This document shows, piece by piece, positions 14,456 through 26,400 of a stretch of 64,000 bases of DNA. Position 1 is the first letter of the stretch; each line of letters opens with the position of its first letter. The notes under the pieces were generated by a model. It did not search any database. It worked only from the letters and a program-made list of their open reading frames with translations, and was not told where the DNA came from. Location of the stretch: NCBI GenBank assembly GCA_036172245.1, contig JAYWIR010000004.1:4650001-4714000 (forward strand), read 5' to 3'. The DNA is from Raillietiella orientalis. Its lineage: Eukaryota. Made by a program: the position numbers and the translations under genes.

Positions 14456-14498
14456 ATGCTCGGGGAAGTCGCGCTGATCCTGCTGCTCCTGTGTCAAG
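14456..14498 (+). CDS. Exon 1: start codon and signal peptide (MLGEVALILLLLCQ-G)
   Basis: ATG in ccacgATG context, short hydrophobic stretch, strong donor CAAG|GTAAGG, phase 1 matching exon 2. Confidence 0.8.
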
Positions 14499-17400
14499 GT
14501 AAGGACCTCGGGACCTTGGTCCTTTATCCTGCAACGGGAATTCTGCCCCCCCCCCCCGGGGTCAGGAAGGGAGTCTCCCCTGTCTTTCCTTTTTTCGGTT
14601 TCCTCTCCTCTCGTCTCCTGTCCCCCCTCTCCCCTCGGGACAGAAGGCAGGAGGAGCGGTCTCCTGCGAGGGTTCACTTTTGACAGCCCTAACAGGGCGA
14701 AGGAAGGCGGCTTGTAAGTCTGGCGGTTCCAAGGGTGACGGGGCGAGGAAAGAGAGAGTTCAGTGACAGAGTCGCCCCCTCTCTTGTTTCGCAATGTTTC
14801 CCACTTGACCTCAGGGGGCGGGAGAGCGAGAAACACCCTTCACCCGCGCCTACCTGAGAACCGAGAGGCGCGGGAAAAGGGGTGAGACTCGTTTCTCTTG
14901 AACGGAGGCGAGGGGGAAGGAGATGAGGCCGTCGGCCCCAGAGGGAAGCTGCTGTCCCTCCCCCCTCCCAGCACCGCAGTCTCCCGTAGACGGTTCCTTC
15001 GACTGCTTCCAGGGTCCTCCTCGCGGAGTCAGCAGCACTTCACCCGGAAGCCGGAGTCGCGGACGGCCGCCGTGGGGGAGGAGGTCATCCTTCGGTGCCA
15101 CGTGGGCGACCAGGCCGGGGAGGTGCAGTGGACCAAGGACGGGTTTGCCATGGGTGAGATCGGGGATCCCCGCGCCCGCGAGCCACCGACCGACCGCTTC
15201 TTCCTTCACCCGCAGGCTACGAGAGATCGATCCCAGGCTACCAGCAGCACCGCGTTCTCGGGGACAGCTCTGCCGGGGAGCACGACCTCCTCATCCAGAA
15301 TGTCTCCCTGGGCGACGAAGCGGAGTACCAGTGCCAAGTGGGCGCCACGCCGGACCACAAGGGCATCCGGGCGAACGCATACCTCACGGTCCTTGGTGAG
15401 CCTACGGGAGAGCCACGGAGGGGTTGTGACCCCAGCTTTCCCTCCCCTTCCCCCCTTTTCCCCCCACTGCTTCCCTCCCTCCAGCTCCTCCCATCTCCTT
15501 GGGGGTGAAGAACCACAGCAACGGCAGCGTGGTCGTCGTCAGAGAGAGGGAGAGCATCAACCTGATGTGCGCCTCCAAGGGCGGCAAGCCCCGTCCCTCT
15601 TTGACCTGGGCCCGCAACGGGAAGCGCCTGCACACGGATGCGGGGGCGCCGCCGCCGCTGACGGAGAGGGTCGACCCGGAGCGCGAGGACACGGCCATCT
15701 TGCACTGGGTGGCCAGTCACCTGGACAACGGTGCCAACCTCAGCTGCCACGCCCACCATCCCTCCGTCCGCGAGCCCCTCTTCAGCTTCGTCACCCTCCA
15801 TGTCCTCTGTGAGTATTGGGTCGGGGGGAAAGGGGTGGATAAACGAAGGTCGCCATGCGCTGCTTCGGGACACCGCGGGCTCAGGGAGAGGCTGTCCACT
15901 TTCCCAGGCCCGCTCAGTAGACGAGTGCTCTCAGGCACTGGGGAAGTCTTTCCGGGTGGTTCCCTGGAGGGAAGGAGGGAAGGGGATACGAAACTGGCAG
16001 GACTCCGGCTGCCCGTACCCCCCTACTTCTTCCTCCCCTTTTCTTCCCCTTTTCCTTTCAAAAAGAAAGAAAAAAAGTCCAGGAGGATTCCGCAACGCGG
16101 CTAACTCATCTCCCCTTCTTCGCGTCACCATAGCGACGGCCGAGGAATGCTCGGAGCGGGGGGTTCTGATTGACGTGCGCACGTTCGGTGGCTCCGAAAG
16201 GGATCCTCCCTTCGGAAGGTCGCGACCGTCGCAGGCGACCGCTTCCTGCCCGACTTTTCAGAGTAGGACGCTCTCCTCTCCCTGTGGTGAGAGAGGGAAT
16301 TTCGTGGTCGGGGATGAAAAGTTCGCGTAAGCGAGAATCAGGAAATCATGGGAGGACTTCGCCGAGGGCCCGTAAGCCACCCCCTCTACCCTTCTCCCGG
16401 TACTACAGCCAAAGCAGCCCGTCGAGAAATGACCGCAGTCTGAGAGCGACCTGAGATAAAACGCCTCGGGGCGCTTTCGTATCGCGGAGCGCCGGGTGAA
16501 AGGGGGTGAGGCAAAGTAATCCCGGCTCTGAAGGGAGGGAGACGTTTCCTTATCCGGAGGAAGCGGGCACTTTGAATCGACGAGAACTCAAGTTCCGGAC
16601 GCTCCTGGATCGCCTTCAAAGGTCTCATGGGGGGATGGACTGCCCCCTCCCTCCCCCTTCTCCCGCGCGATGAGGCAGAGGAAGAGGGTCACACGAGCAC
16701 TCAGAAGCAGGCACTCGCGGGGCGATTCCCGAAAGTCCCTTGGGGCAGCCCCGCTGCGAGGTCGGCCTATAGGCGCGCAGCGGCGCGAACCGCCTTTCGC
16801 GCTCGAGGAGGGGTCTCGTCAGGACCTGTGGTGCGTGGGAGTGGGGGAGACACACGGTTCTCTGGCTTTGGGAGGGACGTCGGGGTGCTGCCAGGCTGCG
16901 CCTTCTTCTCGTTGGATAGGCCGTTGGAGCAGTGAGGGCGGCGGCGGCCCGTCGGCGGACTCGTCAGTCTTCCGGGACGCATGGGCGCTTCCTCCCGACC
17001 ACGAGGTACGAAGCTCCAAATCCCCGAGTGCCTGGGAGTTCCTTCTCTTCGGGATCCGGAGGGGTAGAGCTCCTCCGGTGTCCTTGCCGCGGGCGCACAC
17101 TAAACCCCAAGAATGCGGCGCGCGCCGACAGGAGAGCAGCAGCATTTTCTTCCCTCTCTCTCCCCAGCAGCGCTCCAGGAAAGCGCTTGGCTTCTCCATT
17201 TCGAATCCAGGAACGTGAGCGCATTTCCCGGCTGACGATGAAGGGGTGATGCTCCAAATATTGGTACCTCTCTTCTCCTCCAGAGCTCCGGATCGCTGAG
17301 ATGTTTGGAGCGGGCCATCCGGCAGAAAGAGGGGAAAAGGGGATTGAAATTGGGAGAGGAGGGAGAGCCAGCCCAGCGACGAGAGGGACTCTCCTCAGGG

Positions 17401-20400
17401 GTTGAGAAGGGAACAGCTGGAAGGCGGACGCATTTTGTCTAAGAAACTCTCCGTAGAATGGAGTCCCAGAAGATATTGGAGCGATGCAGCTAGACCGAAG
17501 AAGAAGGGAAGAAGGGATGCAGGAGAAGGACTAACCTTGGTAGTCTTTTGGAGCTCCCGGGAGACAAAAATGCTAGATAAAAGGCGATTCTCGTCATCCA
17601 ATAGACCGCGGCGTTCCGTTTGCTCTCTCAGGCCAGCCAAGAGTCCAGTCTTAACGTCATCCTGGTCTCGAACAGGATCCCAGAGAGATTTGGGGGAGGA
17701 ACAAGCTGAGTCGGACCTCAAGACCTCCACTTCCACCTCGACAGCTGCCGTCAAAGGAAGCATCAGAACGGAAAGCTCCCGGAAGACGACAAAGAAGCAG
17801 TGCTCAAAGACTTTCGAGACTTCCAGCGAGCTATACTGACCTCTTTTTGCCCTCATCACCGGAACGACTCCAGCGCCGCACGGTGGCGATGACAGCGGCG
17901 ATGAAATGTCCGAGGAGGCGGGCCGGTTCCTGCGCGTCTCGTCAAGGTTCGGTCGTCCCTTCCACTGGATCTCGATCCCGTGGGGTCTTCCAAGAAAGGA
18001 AGCTTTCAGAGTGATAGCATGCGCGCTGCTGTCTTCATCCTCGTTGCTACGCGGTCTCTCCTACGGCAATCGGTACACAGAGATAGGGCCAAGGGAAAGC
18101 ACGAGTGGAAGAGGAGGAGGAAGGAGAGCAGAAGGGCAAATGCACCGCTGCACGAGGAACGCACTCAGGTCTCCCCCGAGAGGTTTACGCGCGTGATCTG
18201 TTCTCCGAGGAGGAATGCGTGTCCTCGGGTGGGACCTCTTGAAGACGGTTCAGCAGTAGCAGCGCTCAACAAGCAAAAGTTCGCTTTCTCCGCTCAGCTC
18301 TCCCTCGAGCCTCCCCAAACGCGGCCCCAAAACCGGGATCAGCAGGGTCAACTTGGAAATTCGTTAGACGGGGTGGGGACTCCAGAAATGTTTTGTGCTG
18401 AAGCGGGAAAAGGGAGCCGCGGGCTGGGAGTCGCTCAAGGTTTCTCGCGGGCAGATGGGATCCTTCCATCCACTGCATTGCAGAGTCGCAGTCCGGCGCG
18501 GAGAGAGCTCGCCCCAGCGGGATGGAGGCGAAGCAAGGACGAGTGAGTGGGAAGGGGGAATCGGAACAGAAGACTTCTTCCCGTCTCTGCTGCATTGCTT
18601 CGTTGCTTGGCACCTCTTCCCCGCCTTCCCTGACGCCGCTCGGCGCTCATTCTGTGTCGGGGCGCCTGCCGACGACCGGCACTGCATCAGCACGCCGTTT
18701 TCCAGCACCGCGGGAAAAGAGTCGAAGAGCGTTCCGCTGGTACCACTCTGGGTTTGGATCCGAGATCGATAACCTCACAGCAAACGCTGCACTGTACCCT
18801 CTGCTCCGCGGCAGTGGTGCATCTCGGAGCAACAGTGGTAGTAATTTCGATCCTTGATGACTGCGCGCTGCGCTTTCGATGATTCTGGGATGAGAAGGTG
18901 ATTGGCAAGCAGACTTTGGAGAAACACGAGTTTCCCGCCTGCTTTCCGGCATCTTCTCATTCCGCGCGAGACGGGAAGCTTCCATGTTCCGGGAAAGCTG
19001 GAGTTCCTTCTAAATTTCCCACGTGGATGAGCATATAGTTCCTCCTTGAGAACCATATAAGCCCAAGCAAACATGGAGGCACATCAGAGGCATCCAGGAA
19101 TAATGCAGTTTTGAGTCTGCTTAAATGCGAGCGCCTTTCTTTCCCAAAGCAGGCACCGTCGTTATTCCCGTGCCCACGAGCATTCGTTCGCTTTCCATCA
19201 TCCTAGAGGCTCCAAATGATAAATACGGGGCGCTCTTTCCTCAGCATCTTTGCTTCTGATTGCGAATGATCTGCGCGCTTTTTTTTCTCGTATGGCAGTT
19301 GAGAATTATGAATTCTTAAGCAAGGGATGGAAAATCCGCTACGAACGTTAAGAAATACCAAAACCGGGATGCGCCCAAATGCAGTTTCGGGTCTGGATGA
19401 CTGAAGTGTATTTATAGGATGATATTTCTTGGCTGCATGGAATACTGATGTGATGGAGTGACAGATTAATCAGCGTTGAAAAACAAACGATTTCCAGGAA
19501 CAGTAAATGGGCGCTCCTTTCAGTTTCAATGGCGCCGATAACAAAATCAACAAACGTACCTCGCGGTGGAGGAATCCTCCAGCAGAGCGTAGACACTCTC
19601 CGTTTTATTTCTATTTGCACACTGTGTAGATATAGATCGATCTATTCGTCAAGAAACGGAGCCCGTTCTAAGCAACTGTTTCTCATCGATTAAGTATGCT
19701 TATCACGTCGTGTAGAAGATGAGTAAATCGGGCACCACAAGAGAGAGTACATCAGCAAAAAAACTTCTGTCATTTGGAGACATCTCCCGTAATGTTCAGC
19801 ATGGAGTTTCCAAGAGAACTCCGGGTATTTCCGTGCAGATGCCTCCTCGTTCTAAGAGAAGGATTCCTGAGTGGAATTTCGAGTCTGATTTGCAAGCCTC
19901 TTCTTTCGCGAACTCTTACAAAAGACATCTTTGCGCAGATGACGCAATATTTTCCGTCTCTCCATTTTTGAAGTAAGCATTCTTCTTCCAAAAATCGTTT
20001 CGGATTTTTACGCCCTTTGTCCTCTCTTTCCAGTCCCTCGCAGTCGTATACCGAGGATGCCGATAACTTCAGCTCAATCCTTTTCTGTGATTTATGCTCA
20101 TGAATTTTCCTCCACTTGTAAAATTACCACACGCATACCTTGGTACCTCGATGACTTGCACAGCTCCTGAGATCTCGCGTTTTCCATCTGAAAAGACCCA
20201 CTTGAGTTTTGGAAACATCTCACTGCCGAATGTTGGAGATATGCAGACTGGTTGCCGACACCCCTCCACCCGTTTTCATAGCTCCCCTTCCCCCCCCGAT
20301 CCTCTTGAGCTTCTTCCTCGCATCTGTCGGATCTCGCCTTCAAAAATATATGAGTGGAGATTTCCAAAAGTGAGAGATTATTACCTCGATGTTCAACAAG

Positions 20401-23400
20401 ACAAATCCTAAGCACGCTTGCCAGCTCTCAATTGCCAGTTCTCAAAGCACGCTTGCCAGTATTCATTGGCATTCCAATTGAGAGATCCTCTTGAAAACCA
20501 AATAGTCTAACAGTCCTTTGTCTTTTGATGCTACAAGAGTGCTGCTAGAGTTCTAACAAGTATCATAATCATTAGACTGCTTCCATTTCATGATGAGCAT
20601 CCCCAAAGATGCAGAGCTTGTTCTCTTTCATCCGTCTCAAACAGACTTTTCAATTAGTGGAGAGAAGAAAGTGAAATTTTCTTCTGAAACGTACCTATTT
20701 CAAAGACGCGAAGCTCTCCTTGCAGATGTTCCCGATCTTGTGTTCTATGTTCTGCGGACTTACAGATCATGTATCGCCAGATTTCTCTCACTGTATCATC
20801 ACTCTATCTTAATATCCAGAAAACTTGAGTCCTCCACTAGGGTCTGGTCATCTGGTGAAAGAAAGCGTGTCAATAGCCGTACGGAACTCCTTCAGAGGTT
20901 ATTTCTTTCCTTGTTCTGTCCCTCTTCTTGTCAAACCACATTTGCATCTAGCTTGTCAGAAACTCATGATTCAGATGACTAGGGTGCATCACACTTCTGC
21001 CATAGATAATGGGAACTGCCACGGTCTCGTGAAGAATTTGGTTCTGTATGCTTTACGAGTTGAGGGCAGAATATTCATATCGGATTTTTTCCGCACACAA
21101 AAAAAGAGGAGGTGAAAGCAGCAGTGAGAAATAGTGCTTCAAAGAAGACACTTCTTTCTGCTTTCCTCCTTTTCTTGTTTTCCCGACTTGCTGAGGGCGT
21201 GTGAGCACGTTGAGAAGGAAACTCCGTCTCCTCCAAATCCCTTTCACTTTCTTGAGCAGCTCGAAAATTTACCTGTGAGTCTTCGTTCCTCGACAGGACT
21301 CTTTGAAAGTGACTAGAAGCAAAAGGGTTAAGGAGAGTACGTCCTACCTTGAGCGGTCGTTCCATAGCATTTATAGAAATAGACGCATACATAAATGACG
21401 TGGTTGTCAGGCCCACCTACGGAACGCCATGCTCATTGCAATCCTCACTTCCTATTCCTTCTTGCTTTCCCAACTGCGGGTAGAGAAATGTCTAGCAACT
21501 ACAAGTCTGCGGACGAAAAGAAAATAACTAGGTGGCATGGTGACTGAGTGAAGCATCATATCTCAAAATGGCCGCTAAAGAATGAACGTGTCCTTTTGCC
21601 AGATCCTCCACCTGTGCCTGTCATAACTGGAGCAACGCAAGTCAGAGTTGATGAGGAAGTGAGACTGAACTGCGTTTGCGATGGTGGAAACCCTCTGCCA
21701 AGCCTCAACTGGTTTTTCAACAGAGTTCAGTTTCCTTCCAAAACGGTGACCGACCAAGGGCGATCGTCAAACCAGCTGGTTTTCAAAGCCCGTCACAGCG
21801 ACAACGGAAAAACTTACCGGTGCGAGGCGACCAACCAGGTGGAAGCCGACCCTACGGAGGCGACGGTCAGACTGGTTGTCTTTTGTAAGTACAGTTTCTC
21901 TGGAAGTTTTCTGAGATGCCAATCGCGGCAGCATTGCCTGGGAGGCATTTCATTTTGGGTTCTCTCTGTTCGCACTTGCAATTTCGTTTTCGCATGTTCG
22001 AATATGCTGAGCTTGGAGAGCCATGAAGACGTTATTTGTTGCGGTTCTTGAGCTTCCTTATCATAGCAACATTTCGATCGCGACTTTTAGAAAAAAATAG
22101 TACGGAAGGCATTCCGAGATTGAGCAACACTGCGAGTTTCGAGCCCTAAGCAGCTAAAAACGTAAGCTGGGGTCAAACGACACAGTGGATGCATTTCTTT
22201 CCGGTTTCGGTATCAGGGCGCATCTGTGCCAAGGGGGCTGGCAAAGAAAATAAAGAGGAGCGAACGAGCCTATGAGATGGCATCAGGGGAGTGCGATGTC
22301 GACCGTTGAATTCTGAATCATTGCGCAACATCCTCTTGTTGAATCAGAGTGCATATCGATGTGTTTCGAAGCCGAAGATTTTCGGTTTTTGGTGCCTGAG
22401 ACAACAAGAGTTTCCTTCCTCTTAACGAGAGCAAACAACACCTTCCACTGAGAGCAGAAACATTCTCGTAAAATGCTAATTTTTCCATCCCGCTAAAAGA
22501 AGCTAATGGAATCGCCAAAAAAAAAAAAAACCTGCCAGAGGTCTTCATGCAGGGTCCTAAACCAGAATCCGGAATTGGCGAACTCACCCTAGATTTTCCT
22601 CCCGGATTCTCCAGTCTGATGGGATTTCGGAGCCCCTGACTTTGTCGCTGCACTCATCTCGTGCAGAGAGCCGCTCTGATGCAGAGACGCATCTTGACTA
22701 GACCGTGCTTGAGTAGGTCAAGAAGCTGTCTTCACCCATTCTTGAGAAATGGCTGTGGCCTAGGATAAGATCACGGTTCTGGTTGGATCCACGGGTCTTT
22801 GTGATCCAGAAGGGGGGGGTGACGGAAAAGCTCGAGCGAAGATGGTGCAAGGGCAGCTGGTCAATTTCGGAGACAGGGAGGAAGCACAGGTAGTAGGTAT
22901 TGTTCTCCAGATGCTGGAATCCCTACTCGCTAAGTTCCCAAAGGAGGAATTCTAGCCAAATGTGATGCATACAGACGTTAGAAAATGTGAATGTGGGCAG
23001 AGCTCCGCAGCAGAAACTGGAACCTCTGGGCCAGTGTAATCGATCTCATTCGTCTGCAGCCTTGCACTTCATAGCCAGTATCAGTATTTTGTTTGTCTCC
23101 TGGTCTTTCATGAGGCGGAGAAGGTGGCGAGCAGCACCAGTAAACCAATGCTCTCCCAATTCGTTGGAATGGAATGGTGTTTGGGGCAAATGACTGAAAT
23201 CCAAATCCCCTACTCCGAACAGTATGCGTATTGCAGCAATTTAGAGAAAACTGCAAGAGATCTCTGGTTATGAAAAACGAGGAAATTCTACAGGGGAGGA
23301 AAGGAGAGGTAGACGCTTGGTGTAGGATGCTGGATGCTTGGACAGATGAATGGAGTAATTGCTAACGGAAGAGTGAGAGAGAAAAAACTGAGACTTGGCG

Positions 23401-26400
23401 TCTCGAGAGGAAACAGCTGCCAGCCGGAGAAGGAAAGAACTAAAGATGCTGGATACTGAGCATATATCAAGCGGTTCCTCTTCCCAGCGTATGTTCACAT
23501 CGAGAAGATCATAGCTACGAAGAGGAGAAAAACTCAATCACCTCAGTTTCCGGTGCATTTTTTTTTTTTCGGTGCTGCGTAGAACAGAAACGGTCTTAGA
23601 AAACGGTCATTCTTCTTTCTTTCGCAAGATCCATCTGAGGAGTTTCTCGGCTGAAAGAGAGCTAAGATTTTTATGCCTTGTTTGTGTTGCTTCCTCATAA
23701 TGTCATGCCAGAGATGACGCCATGTACGTAGCGTTCATTTTCTCGCACGGAGAAATGGGAAAGGAAACTGGGGAAAAAAGTAAAAAAAAAAAAGAAGGGA
23801 AAGGCGGAGCGTATCCAGGATCAAATGGGAAAAGTAAACACGGCGGCTGAGGTAAAGGGGAAATCAGTGCAGAGCGGAAATGCAAGCATGGTTTTCTGGT
23901 CCTGAGGTCGCGTGTTGCTTCTGATGGAAGCGCTCGTTGCAGGAAACCAGTGCGACAAACAAATAAATTCGAGCCTTCCGAGTGGACAACGAGCGATCCA
24001 TTTCTTGTTGACAGCTGTGAATCCACCAAGAGCTGTCGTTCAGCAAGGAACGGGTTTGCCTGCTTACGAATATTTCAGTAGTCTACCATCTCGTTTTCTT
24101 CGAGTGGCCGAATGAACGTTGCTATCCGAAACTGAATCACGTGCTTCACGACGTGAGCAGCATCACTTCACGAATGATGCAGTCATCGCCCGTCTGAGAT
24201 TTCATGTGTCACGTGCACTTCCACATGTGATTTATGTGCTTCCCAATTTTCCTCCTTGAAGCAGACACGATACTGAATTGTGCACAGCAACTGTTGGATG
24301 TTTATTGCACTTTGTTGTGTTTTGCTCTTTACAACAAGAACAAGCAAAAAAAGACGTGGAGTCGAATTTCCCTCTTTCTCTTATTCAGAGTTTTCCCAAT
24401 TCTCGTCGAGATTCAGATATCACCACAGGGGCATTTCCCCAACATCTGTGCATCTCACCTCTGCCGCCTCGGTAGCCAATTCAACCGCAGGCAAAGGCTT
24501 TGCGCTTCCTTTCGTGCTTTAGTTGAGGTGATCCTGTCTGCATGGCGGGACGGAATTCCTGTCGGATACGTGCTGTTGTCTATTCAAAAAAAGCTCCTAC
24601 TGCCATTCCCGCCAAAGAAACTTGCAGAGAAAAGCAAATCTGCTCTAAAACGATATGGAAATTTCATAACTTCAGAAGGGTTGCTGCACCCACTTGCTTG
24701 CTGCATTCATGAAAAAATGTCTTCCTTTCTAGTGGCTCTTTGGTCATGTTCCTCCTATATGTAGCATCAAGCACAATGTTGCAAAGCGATTATTCCAGGA
24801 AGAGAAACAAAACTCTTTCTCCGATTGCTTCTCTTTAGGGATCAAGATAACCAGTCGACAAGCAGGAAAGAGATTAGGTGCACTTCTGTCATTCAGCTTT
24901 CCTGTAGGCCATCGTCATGATTTAACCAGAGTCACTCCAGAAAAAATCGCTAGTACAATGGTGTTAAGAAACGGATTGAATGATGTGTTTTCCAATAACC
25001 CCCATGTCGTCAGTCTGAATTCTTTTCGGAAAGACACCTGATTGCCATCGAGGAGAATGGAGATGAAGGAACACAGATCGATTTTGCGTATTCACAAATA
25101 TGAGCGGCGTCGAAGCAGCAAATAACGTCAAGAGCATTCCCGAACGAATGGATTGGTTTCGGTTCATCGGAACCTGTGAGAACATCCGCCGCCTGATAAT
25201 AAGTCCGGAGATTTATAGTATGGACTGAGAATTTCAACGGATTGAAACTCTGCGCAGATTAAGTACTGAACCGAGAAAATTGCAGCAGCAACCATACTGA
25301 AGATGCTTCCGAGTCTCTGTGTGAATGTGCGAGGACGAAGCCTCGAAATTCCTGACGTTTCCATCAAAGAAACTGATTTCGAGATTTCTTGCGTAAGAAG
25401 AGAACTGGATGCAAGCACGTGAGTTTCGGGCCGGAAGATTCGCTCTGAAATGAAACGGAAGCTTTAATTGAAGTTTAGAAAAGCACCATCTTTGGTCGCG
25501 CGTAAAGGAAGCAGCAGTTGCTGATTCCACCCTTGTTAAGCAGTAACTGTTTATTTGCGGAGATATCCTTCGCTTGAGGATGGTTTCCCGGTTGAAAAGA
25601 AAATCCATAATTCATGACAGCTAATACCGATCAAGTAGTAGATCAATAAGTAAAATGAAGGCATAAGAATCTCATTCTGTTCCGTCATCTCTTGAATCCT
25701 TTCGGCAAAAAAAGCATTTGAGAGTTCACAGTACTCAACGAGACAACAAGGGCAAAACATGTGTTTCCCTCTTAGATATGAATCTTCAGGGAACACAAGA
25801 GTAAAGGGCTTAGTAACAACAGTTCTAAGTGTCATGTTTGATGACTCTACAAATGCCATACAGTATTCTTCCAAGTGTACAGATTTACGTACAGATTTCT
25901 TTAGATTGATTTGGTTATTTTCCTCACTGATGAATCCAATGGAGTCCCTTTCTACAACAGTGTTTAACCATTTGCTGCCAGAAGGCTCTCGTGACTATTT
26001 CAACCACACACGGAATCAGTGTTCACCAAAAGGAACAAGACAGGAATTTCTGAAAGATCCGAACTTGCAACTGGTCCACAAATGAGGGTGTTGTTGAATG
26101 ATTTTTTTCCAAGAAGAAATAGGATGAGCTTGTCAAAAATTCACAAGTGGTTTCATCTATCAGTGTGGAACAACGGATGAAAACAGATCTTTCTGGATTC
26201 GGCAAGAATGTTTTCCATGCTTTCCCTTTATCCTGCAAGGTACTCAAATACATCATGCACATATGACAACCAGGACGATCTCCATTTCTGAGGCACGTGA
26301 TGTGACGGTTCTTACTAACTGTACTATAGGGTTTTTTTTTTTTTTTTCCTGAAACAACTCCAAACCTCAGAGCTACTACACTTTGCAGTTTGCTGAGCAA

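Larger units (their letters stand above)
12900..18950. other. GC/CpG-rich domain covering the promoter and exons 1-4 (approximate edges)
   Basis: Visibly C/G- and CpG-dense relative to its flanks, many overlapping spurious ORFs, exon 3 GC3 = 50/59. Confidence 0.75.

Noticed and set aside
12837..14836. Long ORFs of 361, 344 and 193 aa on both strands
   Set aside because: Low-complexity Arg/Pro/Ser/Gly-rich translations typical of GC-rich DNA; only the signal-peptide exon inside them is supported
25800..26200. Possible APE endonuclease remnant on the minus strand
   Set aside because: The resemblance is too weak to call without a profile search
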